This document shows positions 49,001 to 63,419 of a stretch of 64,000 nucleotides of DNA, piece by piece. The translations under genes were made by a program, and so were the position numbers. A model generated the notes under the pieces. That model worked only from the letters and a program-made list of their open reading frames with translations. It did no database searches and was not told the origin of the DNA. Position 1 is the stretch's first letter, and each line of letters starts with the position of its first letter. Location of the stretch: positions 6,200,001-6,264,000 of the forward strand of contig NC_073406.1 of assembly GCF_028641065.1 (NCBI RefSeq), read 5' to 3'. This DNA is from Leucoraja erinacea (Eukaryota).

Positions 49001-51528
49001 TTTTAAACACGTATCCTCTCTTTATACATTATATTATTATTACCAAAACCGCCAGACAGTAATGCCACATTTGCAATCATTTCAGCTTTTCACCAAAATC
49101 AAAGTCAGTACAACCCAACAGGAAAAGATCTCTAATGCTGACAGCAGCTACTCAGTTTAGAAATATAATTCTAGGCAAAACACACAATGCTTAATTCTGG
49201 AGCCGAGCTGCTGCCAGCAATAGATTTAGCTTTAATGAATAAAGGTTCAGAAAAACCCTCAAATTTTACACCCTCTCCCCTCATTTTAAAGTACCATGGA
49301 AGCAAGGCTTTGTGCATCCCAGAAGCTACTTCAGTCGGATTTAAGCACTTGTATTTAGGCTTGTCTCCATTAATTCAAACACAAGATGAGCCATCAGAGG
49401 AGAAAGAAATGCTGATTCCAGGTGATATGTTACACCCGAGCGAGAAAGAAGCTTGCAGCATCTTAGTATTGAATACATCTTTTCAATATCCATTATGTTA
49501 GCAGAGCTTTCCTATGTTATTGTTGCAAGAACAGTCAGAGTACGAGTAATAACACCTATAATGTTTTACATTACTGATTTGTGGTGTTACAGTTTATTGA
49601 TGCCAACAGGAAAAACAAAATCCAGATGAAACAAACTCTGAACTGCTGAATATATCCATAACTGATATTTCTTTTCAAAATGTTTTTTTTTTTTTTTAAA
49701 CAGAAAGATTGAAATATAATAATGCATTTCAACAGGATGTTGGTTAGAAATTTAATTACGAAGGAAAAAATTGCAGTGCTCTAGTAAAATATTAAGAGTG
49801 ATATTAATTGGATAGCTCGAAGATTTGTTACAAACATGGCAAGGTAAACAGTGCCTTTTTATGGTGTTCTATTCAATGATACACTCCCCTGTGGTCATTA
49901 AATACTGCATTCCCCTCTCCCCAGAGTACAGTATTTTGACATTTATGATTACATTATTTTAATTTGAAACAAACTTAATTTAAAAGAAAATGCTCAAGCT
50001 ACCTTGAGTAAAGTAATTTGAATTTGTGTTCTCTGGGATATTATTCCACAAGGATTGCAACTGCACATCCAAAAAGTTTCTAGGTTAGAGAAGGGTGATA
50101 GAAATCAGTCAATGTACCTACATTTTATTCCTATCCTGCAACCGTCTTTAATAAGTGTTAGTTACACAAGTCGGGATGCTATGTGCACTCCACCAGTTGG
50201 ACCCCTGATGAGTTTCCCTGTATAAATTCCCACATGAAAATCAATGACTCATTTGGGATATTGGGGCAGTAAGCAACTGGAGGACTGTATCCGGCAGGAA
50301 AACAGATATGTTTGTAAGATAGTTAGGCACCATGCCACTACCAGAACAAATGTTTTAAGTGTTCTGCCTGTCCTGCTGAGTGACTCCAGCATTTTGTGTC
50401 TATCTTCGGTTTAAACCAGCATCCGCAGTTCCTTCCTACACATGCTTTAAGTTGCTATCTAAATATTTTCTCATCCAATTAGTACTGTAGCATTTCTTCA
50501 GGGCACCCCGGGAGCATCATATATAGTTATCTTCAGTTTTTAAAATGTGTTTGTGCCATGTGTTCAAAGCTAGTGTGTGTTTCACGGGATTAGAAAAATT
50601 AGTTACCATCTGAAAATGTAATGCATTTGAGTATTTTGGAACAAATCCAAGAAAAGCACAGTGCAGACGGTTTAGACTGTATCGTTTGCCTCTTGTAAAC
50701 AAACTGCTTTAAAAAGGGGGCAACTGCAGGAAACGGACAGAGGCGAGAATGTCACTTTAAATCTTTATTCACTGGACTGTTTCCAAACCTGGATGCCTTG
50801 CTACTGGAGAGACAGAAAAAGATTTACAATGCCACAGCATACATGAGAAGGAAGAATTTAGTTGTGAATTTCACTGACCTTTAATAACAAATCTATCGCA
50901 ATCGCTGATAGATTTGAACATTATCTCTACCATTTGCTGGTTGAAAACAATCAGTAGAGGAGGAAGTATATAGATTAAGTTGGACAGACCTGGAGGCCAG
51001 TGTCTGTCCAACTCCAGGTACCGGTCAAGTCATTTTACTCTCTAACTCAGAAACACATCTTTTATCCGATGCACATATCTTGAGGTCGGTAATATTGTAG
51101 TAATATTTTTATTTTTACAAAAAGGTCTCGTAATTATTACTACACCAAGTTTAATAAAGTTAATTTTAACCATTCTCTTGTACCATTTTTGCATGCACAA
51201 TTATTTTGGAACCAATTTTGAAATGGTGTAAAACACTTGCAAGTTCAGGTTATATATTAAACAGATCGGAGTAGCTCAAGGCTAATGATTTATAGGGCAT
51301 TTTGTTCATTTGGCAGCGCAATAAACACGATATCGTGTCGAGTTACTTGGAAAATATTGCAGTTTTAACAAAGGAATTTGCAGCAAACTAATCAGAAGCC
51401 GGATTGATTTAGATAAAAATAATGAGAAATAATTTTAATATGGAATTTATGAGCGAGCTTTCCCGATCAAATATATTCGGAACGAGCGAACTGAGACAAC
51501 GGAGACCAGTGAATGGCGAGAAACTTAC

Positions 51529-51790
51529 CTACCTCTTGATGGATTTCATGGGGCAGGAAATCCGGCGTAAATTCTTCAATCGTCCCGGCTCAGATCAGCA
51601 GTGGATACATCAACATTTCTGCAGGCTGCTTTTCATCTCTACCTCGGTCTAGCTCCTCAGTCTAATTAAATGTTTCTCTGTTGCAATATGCTCCGCAGTT
51701 TGCTTAATAAAGGCGGGCTCTGAATTCTGATGTCATTATCAGGACGTCTTCCTCCCGCCCACGGCTTACAGTCAGCACACTTACTTACCT
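51529..51790 (-). promoter_or_regulatory. Probable ERRFI1 promoter and non-coding first exon
   Basis: Locally CpG-enriched unique sequence; GC box (cccgccc), CRE-like tgatgtca, strong minus-strand donor GAG-GTAG-GTAAGT at 51523-51535. ERRFI1 has a non-coding exon 1 in mammals. Confidence 0.5.
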
Positions 51791-54074
51791 CTGCCTTAAA
51801 GAGGAATTATCTACAAAAAGGGAAAATACAAACCTAAAATTAAAAACTGTGACCACTCGTCCTTTATCCTCATTTAATACTAACCTGAAAAGGTAGCAAT
51901 GAAGAGATAAGTGAAACCAGTTTTATTGTGAATTTAATTTAGTGGGGTCCACCACTGTCCATCAAAATGACTTAAGTCTTGCAGAAGCCAATATACAAAG
52001 GCAAATTGAAACAACATCGATCTTAAGTTTTTTTTATTAACCAGCATCTGCAGTTCCTTGTGTCTATGTCTTCTGTTTTATGTTGCCTGGCAATGTGGCT
52101 TTTAGATTGGTACAAGATTCATGTATCAGTACATTTAAATGTTTAAAGTAGAAACAAGGAAATGTAGATACAAAAGAAGACACGAAGTGCCGGAGGAGCA
52201 TTTAAACGTTTGGTTGGCTAGATCCGTTCATCTAAAGTTTTGTAACAGAGGTTTACAGCAGTGAAAATGGCCTTTCGGCCAACCATGTCGATGCTGATCT
52301 CTTTGCCCATCTATACTAGAACTGTGTGCGTTTATGCCTTGCCTACTTAAATGTCTTTCTTAAATGCCTCGCAAAGGTAGTAATTGTATCTGACACCACA
52401 CCTCCTCTGGCAGCACATTCCAGATATTATCTTTTCCATGCATAAAAGGTATAGGCCATAAAAGGTTACTTTAAAATTTGCAAAAATGAATGCAAAAGTT
52501 TTTAAACTGTCAGAGGAAGAGTCCTGACCCAAAATCCCATCTGCCCATTTCACTCCATAGATGCTGCCTGACCCCCTGAGTTCCTCCAGAAAAAAAAAAA
52601 TCTTGGCTTGCAGTATTCCCTTCAGGAGCGTGTACATTGACATGTATTTGTATAGGTATTTGCATATAAATAAATATATGTCTTCACTCTCCCTGGCTAT
52701 TTTGTACAACAAACCATTTTCTAAATCCTCCCCACCTTCTCTATCTTTAACAACCTGGATGAATGTGAAAAGTATAAGGGCAGGCTTGTCACTAAAATAA
52801 ATGCATTTGATATCACAGATTGTGTGTGGGTCTGTGTATCTGTGCTTGTGTGTATATCTCTGTATCTGCATAATTGTTGTGTATGTGTAAGCCTACATGT
52901 CAACGCCTACTTTTTTCTCACTGATTAGAAGCTTGCAATAGTAATACTATTTTTTTAAATCTAGCAAATCTTCCAATCCTGGCAAACATTATGTAGCATT
53001 TCTCAAGCACAATCCAGGTGTGAATAGACCATAGAAAAAAGTTTGTTTACATGAGCAGCCATAGCTTGGCTTCCTGCATAAGGTATGAGAGACACGGGTA
53101 TCCTAAGAAGAATCAGTGATTCAAAAGACGGAGGGAAAGAAACATGGTTGTTTGTCAAGGTTTGCCATGGGAAATAAATCAAAATCGACAAATTAATTTG
53201 TGCACAGAATATTAGTTACATTTCAGAACAGTCCTCGGTGGGTTTTGCAATGCTGTTTGCAGATGAATCACATTTCATTATTACCTCTAATTGGTCGTTA
53301 TCTATTTTGAGTAAAAGTACCTGGATTATATATGATTAAAAAAAAATAATAGACTGAAGAGGAACAACATTTTATTGTTCTGCTCTGAAGAAGATTGTTG
53401 AAGAGACTGAAGAAGAACAATGTTTATAGAAGCTACAAACTAAAGCGTGGTAGTTAGTAATATATAATAGATTATAGAATTTCAAGCCCTCAGAATATTT
53501 CTAGATGGAATTCAGAATTTAGGCTTTTGCTTGCTTTCATTTGAGTGATAGATGTCACTCTTGGTGCAAAAGCAACTTCATCATTAAGCATTTCCAAGTC
53601 AGCCATGGCCCAGGTTAGATGCTCCCTTTCATCGCTCCTCAAAATGTGCTTTATATCTAACTTTCATCAAATCAATGTATACCAGGTAATGTTAACATTT
53701 CCTTTTCCTACTCCATTTATGTTTGCGTCTTCTCTGAATGAGGCTGGCAATTAATCCTGAATGTATAATATTTTTATTCTATAACCCACTAAACGTTGAG
53801 CATGATCCGTAGGCTGAAATTAAACTTAACCATCAACAAACAATGAGTCCGATTGGCCTCATATTCTCCCTGATGTCAGTCTTGCATTTGCCAAATGCTT
53901 AACTTGGACTTATCCACAGTAAAACTACTGATGGCCTACAAGGAATCAACTGATTAAGATGGTAATTTTGTTTTGCTGGTCAAATATATATGTGTTTGCA
54001 ATTGATAACTATTACATTTTCTCCTCCCTTTTTGCTTCCTTTCTTTCATGAGTTGTCCCACTTTTATACAGAGG

Positions 54075-54750
54075 GAACTTGGGTTCCAAGTCCATAATTC
54101 CTGGAAAGTTGCAGCACAAGTAGATAGAATCAAAAAGAAAGCATATGGTATGCATTGAGTATAAACGTCAGGACGTCGTGATGTAGAGTCATAGGATTTT
54201 GGTTAGGCCACTTTTGGAACATTGTGTGCAATTTTGATAGCTCCATTACAGGAAGGATGTGGAGGCTTTGGAAAGAGTGCAGAGGTTTACCAGAATTATG
54301 CCTGGATTAGGGGGTATTAGCAACAGGGAGAGGTTGGACAGACGGATTATTTTGCTCTGGAATGCTGGATGTTGCAAGTAGACCTGATCGAAATACATAA
54401 AATTCTAAGAGGCATAGATAGGGTAGACAGTCAGAACCTTTTTCCCAGGATGGATAAATTAAATAACAGAGGGCATAGTTTTAAGGTGAGAGGGTAATGT
54501 TGAAAGGAATTGTGCTGGACTAGCTTCCCCCCCCCACAGAGGATGATGAATGCCTGGAACGCACTGCTGAGGTTGGCGGTTGGGGCATTTATGATAGTGG
54601 CATTTAAGAGACTTTGGATATTTAGGGAATAGAGGGGATATGTATTATGTGCAGGTCGGTAAATGATGGTCTTAGCATCACGTTCAGCAAAGACATTGTG
54701 GGTCAAAGGGCCTGTTCTTGTGCTGTAAGGTTCCATGTTCTATGTTTTGA
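54075..54750 (+). mobile_element. Degraded CR1 LINE 3' end
   Basis: ggttaggccacttttggaac, gagggcatagttttaaggtgagaggg, ttctatgtt tail. Confidence 0.75.
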
Positions 54751-57389
54751 AAATAGCCACAGTCATGCTTTAATATTCCAGAAGAATGTTTATGTACAGA
54801 TGTACTAATGCACTAATGCCCAACCCAGCCACTGCTTTAAATAGTGAGGACAGAGGAGGATTCACATTTCGTTACAATGCAGTGGAGAAATTGATTACCT
54901 TTTCCCACCCTTTGGCTGCCAGAACTTCAATGAATTTTGATGGGAATTCACAGCTGTTTTGAGCAATACTTAAAAACATGTTTAACTACACTTCCAACTT
55001 TTTAGTTATGCTTCTGCAGCTGCTTTGGATTTTAAAAACCAATCAAGCATTCAGAATTGGGACCCAGTTTAATGTGCAGATTTAAAACAGAGGATTACAG
55101 ACATCACAGGGATAGAAAGTATGACTGAAATCACAGTTCTTATGAAATACAGCAGCAAAAGGGTTAAAGGCTGGACTTGTGTTGCAAGGGAATTGAGAGC
55201 CAAAGATTGACAAAAACTTTTCTCCATAACAGCATTAGTTTATTCCTCAATTTACAGTCAATATAGTTGACTGGAGTATTAGTGATTCTTTTAAGGACAA
55301 ACCTAACAAAAGCTGTACAGAACATTATGTCCTTAAAAAAAAAAGGAAGGTGTGAGGCTGTTACTGGGTTTTGCTTAGGGCAGCTCAAAGGCAGGAGAGG
55401 GAGTGGACTGGTACAACTGGTTTAAGGAGAGGAAGGACTGATAGGAACAGAGATAGTGACAGACATAAATACCTGCTACAAAGGGATCAGAAAGTGAGAA
55501 AAAATAGCAACAAAAGAAAATGGAGCAAATAATGAGAAGAAATAATAGAAAACAATCAGTGATGGAAATAAGGAAAATACACAGAAAAGGACAAAAGCAC
55601 TAGGGTATAAGATATGGAGAGATTGTGAAAAAGTAGGAGATACAGAAAGTGAGGATAACTGAAATAGAGAGAAGCTGAGGGAGAATGGAAATAAAAAATC
55701 CATGAACAATTGCACAGAGATTATGTTGGAGAACACAAGACAGAATAACCAAAAATATGCAGAGGATAAATCCACCAATAACAATAAACAACAAAAACAT
55801 TTATTTACATAAATAGTAAAACATATTAAATGTTCCCAAAAGTCAGAAAAATACAATGATTAGCACCTACCCGTTCAGGAATCTATTGTTCTTTTTTAAT
55901 TAGAGGGCCAGTGCTTTAATTGGGAAATTAGTATTTAAGTGAAAGAGATGTAGGAATGCAAAGCTCTAGTCTGATGTTAGGTCTCATTGGTGTTTCCTAT
56001 ATTTATTTCCTGATTTATTTTGTTTCAATCCAGGAACATTGCCTTATTCTCTGCACCTTGATGAGTTTATACTTATCATGTCTTGAAACGATTAAAGCAA
56101 TGGCCTTGTATTAACTTCTGATCTCAGAACATTCAAAGGTGTTTAATAGCAATTAAGTGTTTTTGACGTCCAGTTGCTACTGTAGGAATAGAGCAGCTAA
56201 CTAAGTGGCAAGCTTCTATAAACACATTGTGACCATATTTTAAATTATGTTGTGTGGGAAATAATTATAGGCCAGAGCAATGAGGGCAATTGTGCTTCTT
56301 CCAATTAATACCTTGGGAATATTTATATCCACCTGAGAGACGAGACAGAAGCTGCATTTATTGTCTTACCTGAAAGAAAATGACAACAGAATGTCCCTTA
56401 CAACTGCACTGGAATGTTAATCAAGATTATATTGCTCATGTCTCTGGAGAGGATACTTGAGCCCATAACTTTCTAACAGACAAGATCACAACCAAGTGGT
56501 GCTATGTTTTTAAATAATATTTGCATCTGGTGCTAGCTGTGTCACATTTCATTCCCTCTCCTCTAAATAGAAACTCTTGTGTTAAAACTGAAATTAAAAT
56601 AATACATCCATAATTTGAAAAAGAACCAACACCAGGAGTTTAAACAATAGAGGGATTGTGCAGATTATATCAGTCTACTGGCGTGCTGAAGGGAGTCACG
56701 CAGAAAGGAGTGACATGAAGTGCAGCACGTTCACTGACTGCTGCTGCAACATGGAGCAAGCTAGATTAGACTCAGAGTATTACTTTATTTGTTTAAAACT
56801 GAGTGGGAGGCGATTTACGGCATGTGCAGTCACATGCTATATTTCCACGTGTCATTATTGATAGTTTTACCAATGTTTACAAACCTGTTGTGCTGCGGCA
56901 AGTAAGAATTTCATCATTTCGTTTCAGTACATATGACAGTTAAACACTCTTGAATCTTGACATTAAATCTGTGTCCTCTGCTTACTGAACTTATTGTTTA
57001 TTTTTTATCTAATGGAAATATTCATGATTTTACACACTTCTATCATTACATAATTGATTTTAAACATTTCACTGGATAGAAAATGCTTTGGGATATTCTG
57101 AACAGAATGTGAAAGATATATTCATTCAAATCATTCTTTCATCAAACATCAGTCATAATTATTTAATATTCCAGAATATTATAGACTATTCCAGCAATCA
57201 TCAGTAGCTGTCTCGTATAAATGATGTTTGGTGTTTTGTTCGGTACCTTCCCATGCCTCTAGTATTCCCCTCCCTGACTCTCAGTCTGATGAAGGGTCTC
57301 AACCTGCCTGATGCTGCCTGATCCATTGTGTTACTCCAGCATTTCATGTTTATCTGCGGTGTAAAACAGCATCTGCAGTTCCTTCTTAC

Positions 57390-57830
57390 ACATAAATGAT
57401 ACGGATATCTTTGCGATCTCTCACTTGGACAGTAATTTAGTATAATAGAGGTCTGTTCTTGGACAGGTGTTGTTTCCATGAAGTTTTGGGACAGTCCTTC
57501 TGACAAATTGTATGTCCAATATGACAAGACATGTTCTAAACATTTTGTTAGGAAAATAACCGCTTTGGAGTTAACCTTCCCTACTCCTCCCTTACTAATC
57601 ATACCTTGCCAGAGGGTTGTATCCCTTCTAACCCCAACGTTGATATTGATCAGAAAGATCAGCTTGTACCCTCTGAAATATGGACCAGGTATTTTTTCAA
57701 GATTGAAGATCTCCTTGGCTTCAAACAAAGCTTTCAAGATTGGGGTATATACACAGATGACTACCAAATATTGACTGAAACTCACTTTATGAAGATGACA
57801 TTTCTCATCCAACTTGCCTCTCCTGACAAA
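57390..57830 (-). mobile_element. RTE-clade LINE endonuclease remnant (an RTE 3' piece lies on the plus strand at about 58370-58700)
   Basis: YKLIFLININVGVRRDTTLWQGMISKGGVGKVNSKAVIFLTKCLEH resembles RTE DKLILLGDFNARVGRD..W.G.IG..GVGK.NSNG..LL.KC.EH. Confidence 0.7.
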
Positions 57831-59669
57831 GGTGTATCTTTAAAGCAGCCATTTTCTACCATCATGCCTGAATTGTGGCTGTAATTTCATTGTAGCTTTA
57901 TTATTTCAAAATAAACTTTATTGATAAAAATATATACAAGAAATCCAAAGTAGAGAAAAACATTCATAATGTTGTTCCACCTATACATTTCTAGTGCTAT
58001 TGGTTCTATTCATTTCTAGTACTTTTGATTCTATACATTAGTAGTGTGACCAGTTTCTGTATGCAGGGCACCATTGTCTCCCATGTGGAGTTGTTAACCC
58101 CCCCCCTCCCCAGGTCATCATGCTCCACAGAACCCTCCCCCGCTCCCTTCAATCATCCAATGAAACAAGTATGCCTCTCTCGTCATCGACTGCAACTTGG
58201 ATGGAACATAACATAATATGTTGCTGCAGGAAGCCACTGGTGTCGTATGACACAGAATTCTAGCTGTCCCACCATATTAAATAAAATTGCAGAGTTTAGT
58301 TTACATTCATTAAAGCAAACTAGTTTGTGATCTGCATTCTTTCTTTCAACTATTCCAAGTCAGTGTGCTCCCCCAGGCCAACATCCTTAGCACTGAAGCA
58401 CCAGTGACACAGTTACTAGTAACACGGTTAGCTGTGCTGAGCAAGCCACATCATTGACATGCTTGACACAAGAGTCTCCAAAACAGATACGCTATTCCAG
58501 CCTCTCTTGCAGAAAACGATTACCAGGTGAACTGAGAACATTTCAAGAATATACACAAAGCCTCCTTGAAAAATGTCACATCTTCACTGCTTCCTGGAAT
58601 TGCTAGCTCATGGCCACTCAAAGTAGAGAAGGCACATTTGGAATGATATTGAGAATCAATTCCATGCATTAAGAGTGCATGGAAGCCATGTGTAAATGGT
58701 GGAAGGACTGCTCCAGTCCAGAAATTGTCACCTCAGAAACCATGAAAATAGAATGAGAGCAAGCCATTTTCAATTCCAAAGACAAATTTCACATTAATTA
58801 ATCTGGATATCAATCAGGCACTGTAATATTAATTAGGATATCTTAAAACAGTGATGATGTTGTGTGACAAATATTAGTATCAAGATAAAAGTGCAGGTAC
58901 TCGGTAATATTATTGCAGTACTCTATGATATTGGTTAAGATACTGTAATGTAAATCACACACCATATCATATCTGTAATATCCATGCACAATATCCAACA
59001 TTTAATAGCAGGTGTGAGTGCGTGTTTCCTTTATTTTCCCAGGTAATTGCTGAACATAGATTTCCTTGGTATTCTCTCTGAGGGAAAGATTCAACTCCAG
59101 TTTATTTTACATTGTGAGCTTTTCAGTCTGGTGAATTGAGTTTCTAAATGTATTCATGCAGCAACAAACTGGTCAATCGATGGAACAAAAAGGGCACTCG
59201 TGCAGCACTAAGACAGTGTAACATGGGCTGCCAGACAGGTTATGCTACAAATGTAGAATAAATAACTGTGGAAGAGGAAATAAATGAGGATGTAGACTTT
59301 TTAAACCAGACGTCGCTGTCACGTGATGATTTAGCATATCGTTTCCTACATTTTCAGTCTTTCTGCTGCACCATAGGACTAAGCATATTTGGTCTTAGTC
59401 CTAACCCACACCAGAATTGTGATGCTAATATTTAGTAGCAAAGGGTGTGTATGTTTACAGATACAAAGGAGCAGATTGACTGAAACAATTTTATCAGCTG
59501 CAGAAGGTGGCAGTGTTGCTGTTGGAGAAGGCCCAGAATTATTTTTTTTTGTTTTCAGATCTGGCAGTGGTAGCATATTTCTGTATCAATGTCATGCATC
59601 TGCTGTCCATGAACAGCGAGGTATTCATGCCAAAGCAGACCTTTGCAAAAGGATTATACATTGCCTCTT

Positions 59670-61625
59670 TGTTAATGCAAATGAACCAACACGCTAGAGT
59701 ATTCAAGGACATCTTCAGCCTCGCACTTCCACAGAATTAAGTTCCCACTTGCTTCAAAATGTTTTATCTATTATACTGGTGCCTAAGAAGAGCACTGTGA
59801 CCTGCCTCAATGACTATTGTCCAGTAGCACTTATACCCACCGTAATTAAGTGCTTTGGTTATGGCACTGCTGTCTCAGAAATGATCTGGATCCTCTTCAA
59901 TTTACTTATTGCCACAACAGGTCGACATGTATTGCACAGTCTTTCCATGTCCTTACAAAATGCGTGGACTGTCTGGTAGGGGTGTTCACGAACACCTTTA
60001 ATCTCTCCTTATTCTGTTTTGAGGTACTCACCTCCTTCAAGAAGACTACTATCATCCTGTTTCCAAACAAAAATCAAGATGTCATGCCTTAATGATTACT
60101 GTCGAGTGGCCTTAACATCCACCATCATAAAGTGCTTTGAGAGGCTGGTTATGGCACACATTAACTCTAGCCTGCCAAGCAGCCTTGATCCACTACAGAT
60201 CAGCTACCACCATGACAGGTACTCCACTGATGCCATCTTCCTGGCCCTACACTCATCCTTAGAACACCTGGATAAGAAGGACACCTACGTCAAACTCCTG
60301 TTCACCGACTATACCTCTGCTTTCAATACCATTATCGCAACCAAGCTCATCACCAAACACGTGGAATTTGGAGTGAGCACTCCCCTCTGCAACTGGATCC
60401 TCAACTTCTTGACCAACAGACCCCAATAAGTGAGGATGGGTGACAAATCATCCCCTATGATAATTCAACATTGGTGCCCCACAAGGATGCGGTTTCAGCC
60501 TACTATTCTCCTTATACTCTCATGACTGCAGCCAATTACCAACTCAATTTACAAGTTCACAGCCAACACCACCATAGTGGCCCGGAGTACAAAAAGGAGA
60601 TTGAGAACCTTTTAACCTGGTGCCAAGACAACAACCTCTCCCTTATTGTGTATGAAGGAACTGCAGATGGTGGACTAAAGAGAGACACACCATCAGTCTG
60701 AAGAAGGGTCTCCACCCGAAATGTCACCCATTCCTTCTCTCCAGAGATGCTGCCTGTCCCGCTGAGTAACTTCAGCATTTTGTGTCTTTAACCTCTTCCT
60801 TATTGTCAGCAAGACAAAGAGAGAATTGTGATTGACTTTCGGAAACAAAGTAGTACATACATTGATGGTGCCAAGGTGAAGATGGTCGAAAGCTTCAAGT
60901 TCCTAAGAAGAAATATCACCAGCAATTTGTCATGGACCAGCCACATTGAAGCTATGGCCAAGAAGCATACCAATGCCTTTACTTCCTTTGAAGACTTAGG
61001 AAGTTCAGCACATCCCCAACAACCCTCACCGAATTCTACAGATGTGCAATAGAAAGTATATTATCAGGATGCATCACAGCCTGGTTTGGGAACAGCTCCA
61101 TGCAAACCTGCAAGAAATTGCAGAGAGTTGTGGATGTAGCACAGACTATCGCACAAACCAACCTCCCTTCCATTGACTCTATCTAAACTTCACGCTGCCT
61201 CAGCAAGGCCACCAGCATAATCAAGGACCAGTTTCACCCTCTTCGCCCCCTCCTCTCTCCCGTCAGGCAAGAGGTCCAGAAGATTGAAAACACATACCTC
61301 CAGATTTAGGAACAGTTTCTTCCAACCTGTTATCAGGTAACTGAATGGTGCTCTCTGTGGCCCTGACCTCCTATCTACATCCACCATCATGTCATAGATA
61401 ATCACATCATAGACCTCCTTGTCTACCTCATTGGAGTCCTTTGAACTATCTTTAATTAGACTTTGTCAGACTTTGTTTTGCACTAAATGTTGTACTCTTT
61501 ATCTGTGCAGTGTAGTCGGCTTGATTGTAATCATGTACGGTCTTTCCTTTGACTGGAGAACATGCAAACAAAGCTTTTGACTGTACCTTGGTACATGTGA
61601 CAATAATAAACTAAACTAAACTAGA
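59670..61625 (+). mobile_element. Rex1/Babar LINE, degraded RT and 3' end, with short-repeat insertion at about 60650-60790
   Basis: [26 protein letters not shown]...LDPLQ...[37 protein letters not shown]; (ctaaa)n tail. Confidence 0.85.
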
Positions 61626-62569
61626 ATTTATGTTTTTGTGTGTTGTGTGAGTCTTTACATCCGTAATGCTGCTGCAAGTAAGATTTTCATTGGTATCGGT
61701 AGTTCACAATACTTGTGCATCTGACAATAAACTCGACTTGACGTGACTGAACTTGATCAACTTTATCTGGTATATATCCAAGGAATCCAAAGCATTGTTC
61801 TTGCAACAGATAGATCTTCTTTAAGAATTTTAGGTACTGTGTAGTTTCATCATCCTCTGTCCCTAAGATCATAAGATCATGTGATAGGAGGTGTCACTAT
61901 GGGTAACTCACATGTAATTCTGTTTGTACCTATGTTCATGTCTCTAGTTTACCGACACCAATCCTTTAGAAAACTTTGATGTAATCGCTCAACTTGGAAG
62001 CTATACATGGGCCAGCTGATTATGTGCGATGGTTAGGAAAGAACTGCAGATGCTGGTGTAAATCGATAGTAGACACAACATGCTGGCGTAACTCAGTGAG
62101 ACAGGCAACGTCTCTGGAGAGAAGGAATGGGTGACGTTTCGGTTCGAGACCCTTCTTCAGGTGGTTAGTATACAGTTGTTGAAATCAAAGCGGCCACCAG
62201 TTCTGTGCAATAAATGACGGGCTCAAGGCTCTTAGACTTTGCCTGGTATTGCACCAAGCATTTTATTGTGTACAACCATCTGCCTTCTTCTGAACCCTGC
62301 CTCGTCAGTCCCATTCTGAGTCCTATGCTGTCAAAGAAGCTTTTGAAAGTGCATCTTGCAGCCATAGTGTGCCATTGGTGAAAGTTTGAGTTTTCAGAGT
62401 GTAGATTGGGTGTCAATCAAATAGGCTGATTTGTGCTGAATGGTATTGAGCATCTTGAGTACTACAGAGCAGCAGTCATGTGCACACATTCAATCATCTA
62501 ATTCGTTAGGTTTAAGTACTGGCCAGCAAACTGCAAAGAACTCTTCTTGAAAGTGGTATAGGACATCAC

Positions 62570-62860
62570 AGTGATGTAGCTGGTGGAGCTGCTGCCTCAC
62601 AATTCCAAAGACCCGGGTTAGATCCTGACCTTGAGTGCTGTCTGTCTAGAGTTTGCACATTCTCCCTTTGATCACGTGGGTTTCCTCTGGGTACTCCAGT
62701 TTCCTCCCACATCCCAAAGATGTGGCGGTTTGTGGGTTAATTAGCCTCTGTAAATTGCCCCTGGTGTGCCAGGAGTGGATGAGAAAATGGGATAATATGA
62801 AGCTACAGTAAATGCATGGACTCGGTGGTGTGAAAGGCCTGTTCCCATGCTGTATCTCCT
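62570..62860 (+). mobile_element. tRNA-derived V-SINE (partial copies also at about 30930-31200)
   Basis: A/B-box-like head gctggtggagctgctgcctcac...gacccgggtt.gatcctgacc and V-domain gagtttgcacattctccc...gtgggtttcctctgggtactccagtttcctcccacatcccaaaga. Confidence 0.85.
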
Positions 62861-63419
62861 GGCACTACAGGACCTTTTACATTCATGTGAGAGTTCCAAC
62901 AGGTTAACATCTCATCTCAAAGATAAAATCTCCCTCCATAATGCTCTGGCCTATATTATGAGCTTCAAACCTACGGAATAAAACTTCAGCCACATTGCCT
63001 GCTGACTTGGAGGGGCAGTGTCACCTGGCTAATGTTAACTATTCAGCATTTCACATTGATCCAGTGTGTCATGTGTCGGTAATTGGCTTGGCTTCCTCTG
63101 ACCTCTCAACGGTCAACTTACATAATAGCCATAGATTGTTGCAAATACACAGTTCAGTCACCCAACTGATATGTTGCAATAGTTAGCCAGTATGCTGAAT
63201 CAATCAATTAAATGCATGGGTCAGATCACATGTCATACTTCCTTCAGTATTATAGTATCTCCGTCACGAGGAGCCTTACAGTGACTAATAACTTACTCAC
63301 TGAATCTGGTTTGGATTCCAGCTTCCTTCTGTGATTAGAATTGGAACTCAGAGTACATTTTCATTCTCTAGGTCTATTATTTTTGGGAGGGCTCGGTATC
63401 ATTTATTCTTTATTGTCAC

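Noticed and set aside
53000-53320. Possible conserved ERRFI1 enhancers (also about 55150-55400 and 59000-59350)
   Set aside because: Non-repeat sequence with scattered short motifs only; cannot be supported without alignments.
55400-55860. 126-aa hydrophobic ORF resembling a membrane protein
   Set aside because: Reverse complement of a purine-rich low-complexity tract, giving F/L/S-rich translation without family motifs.
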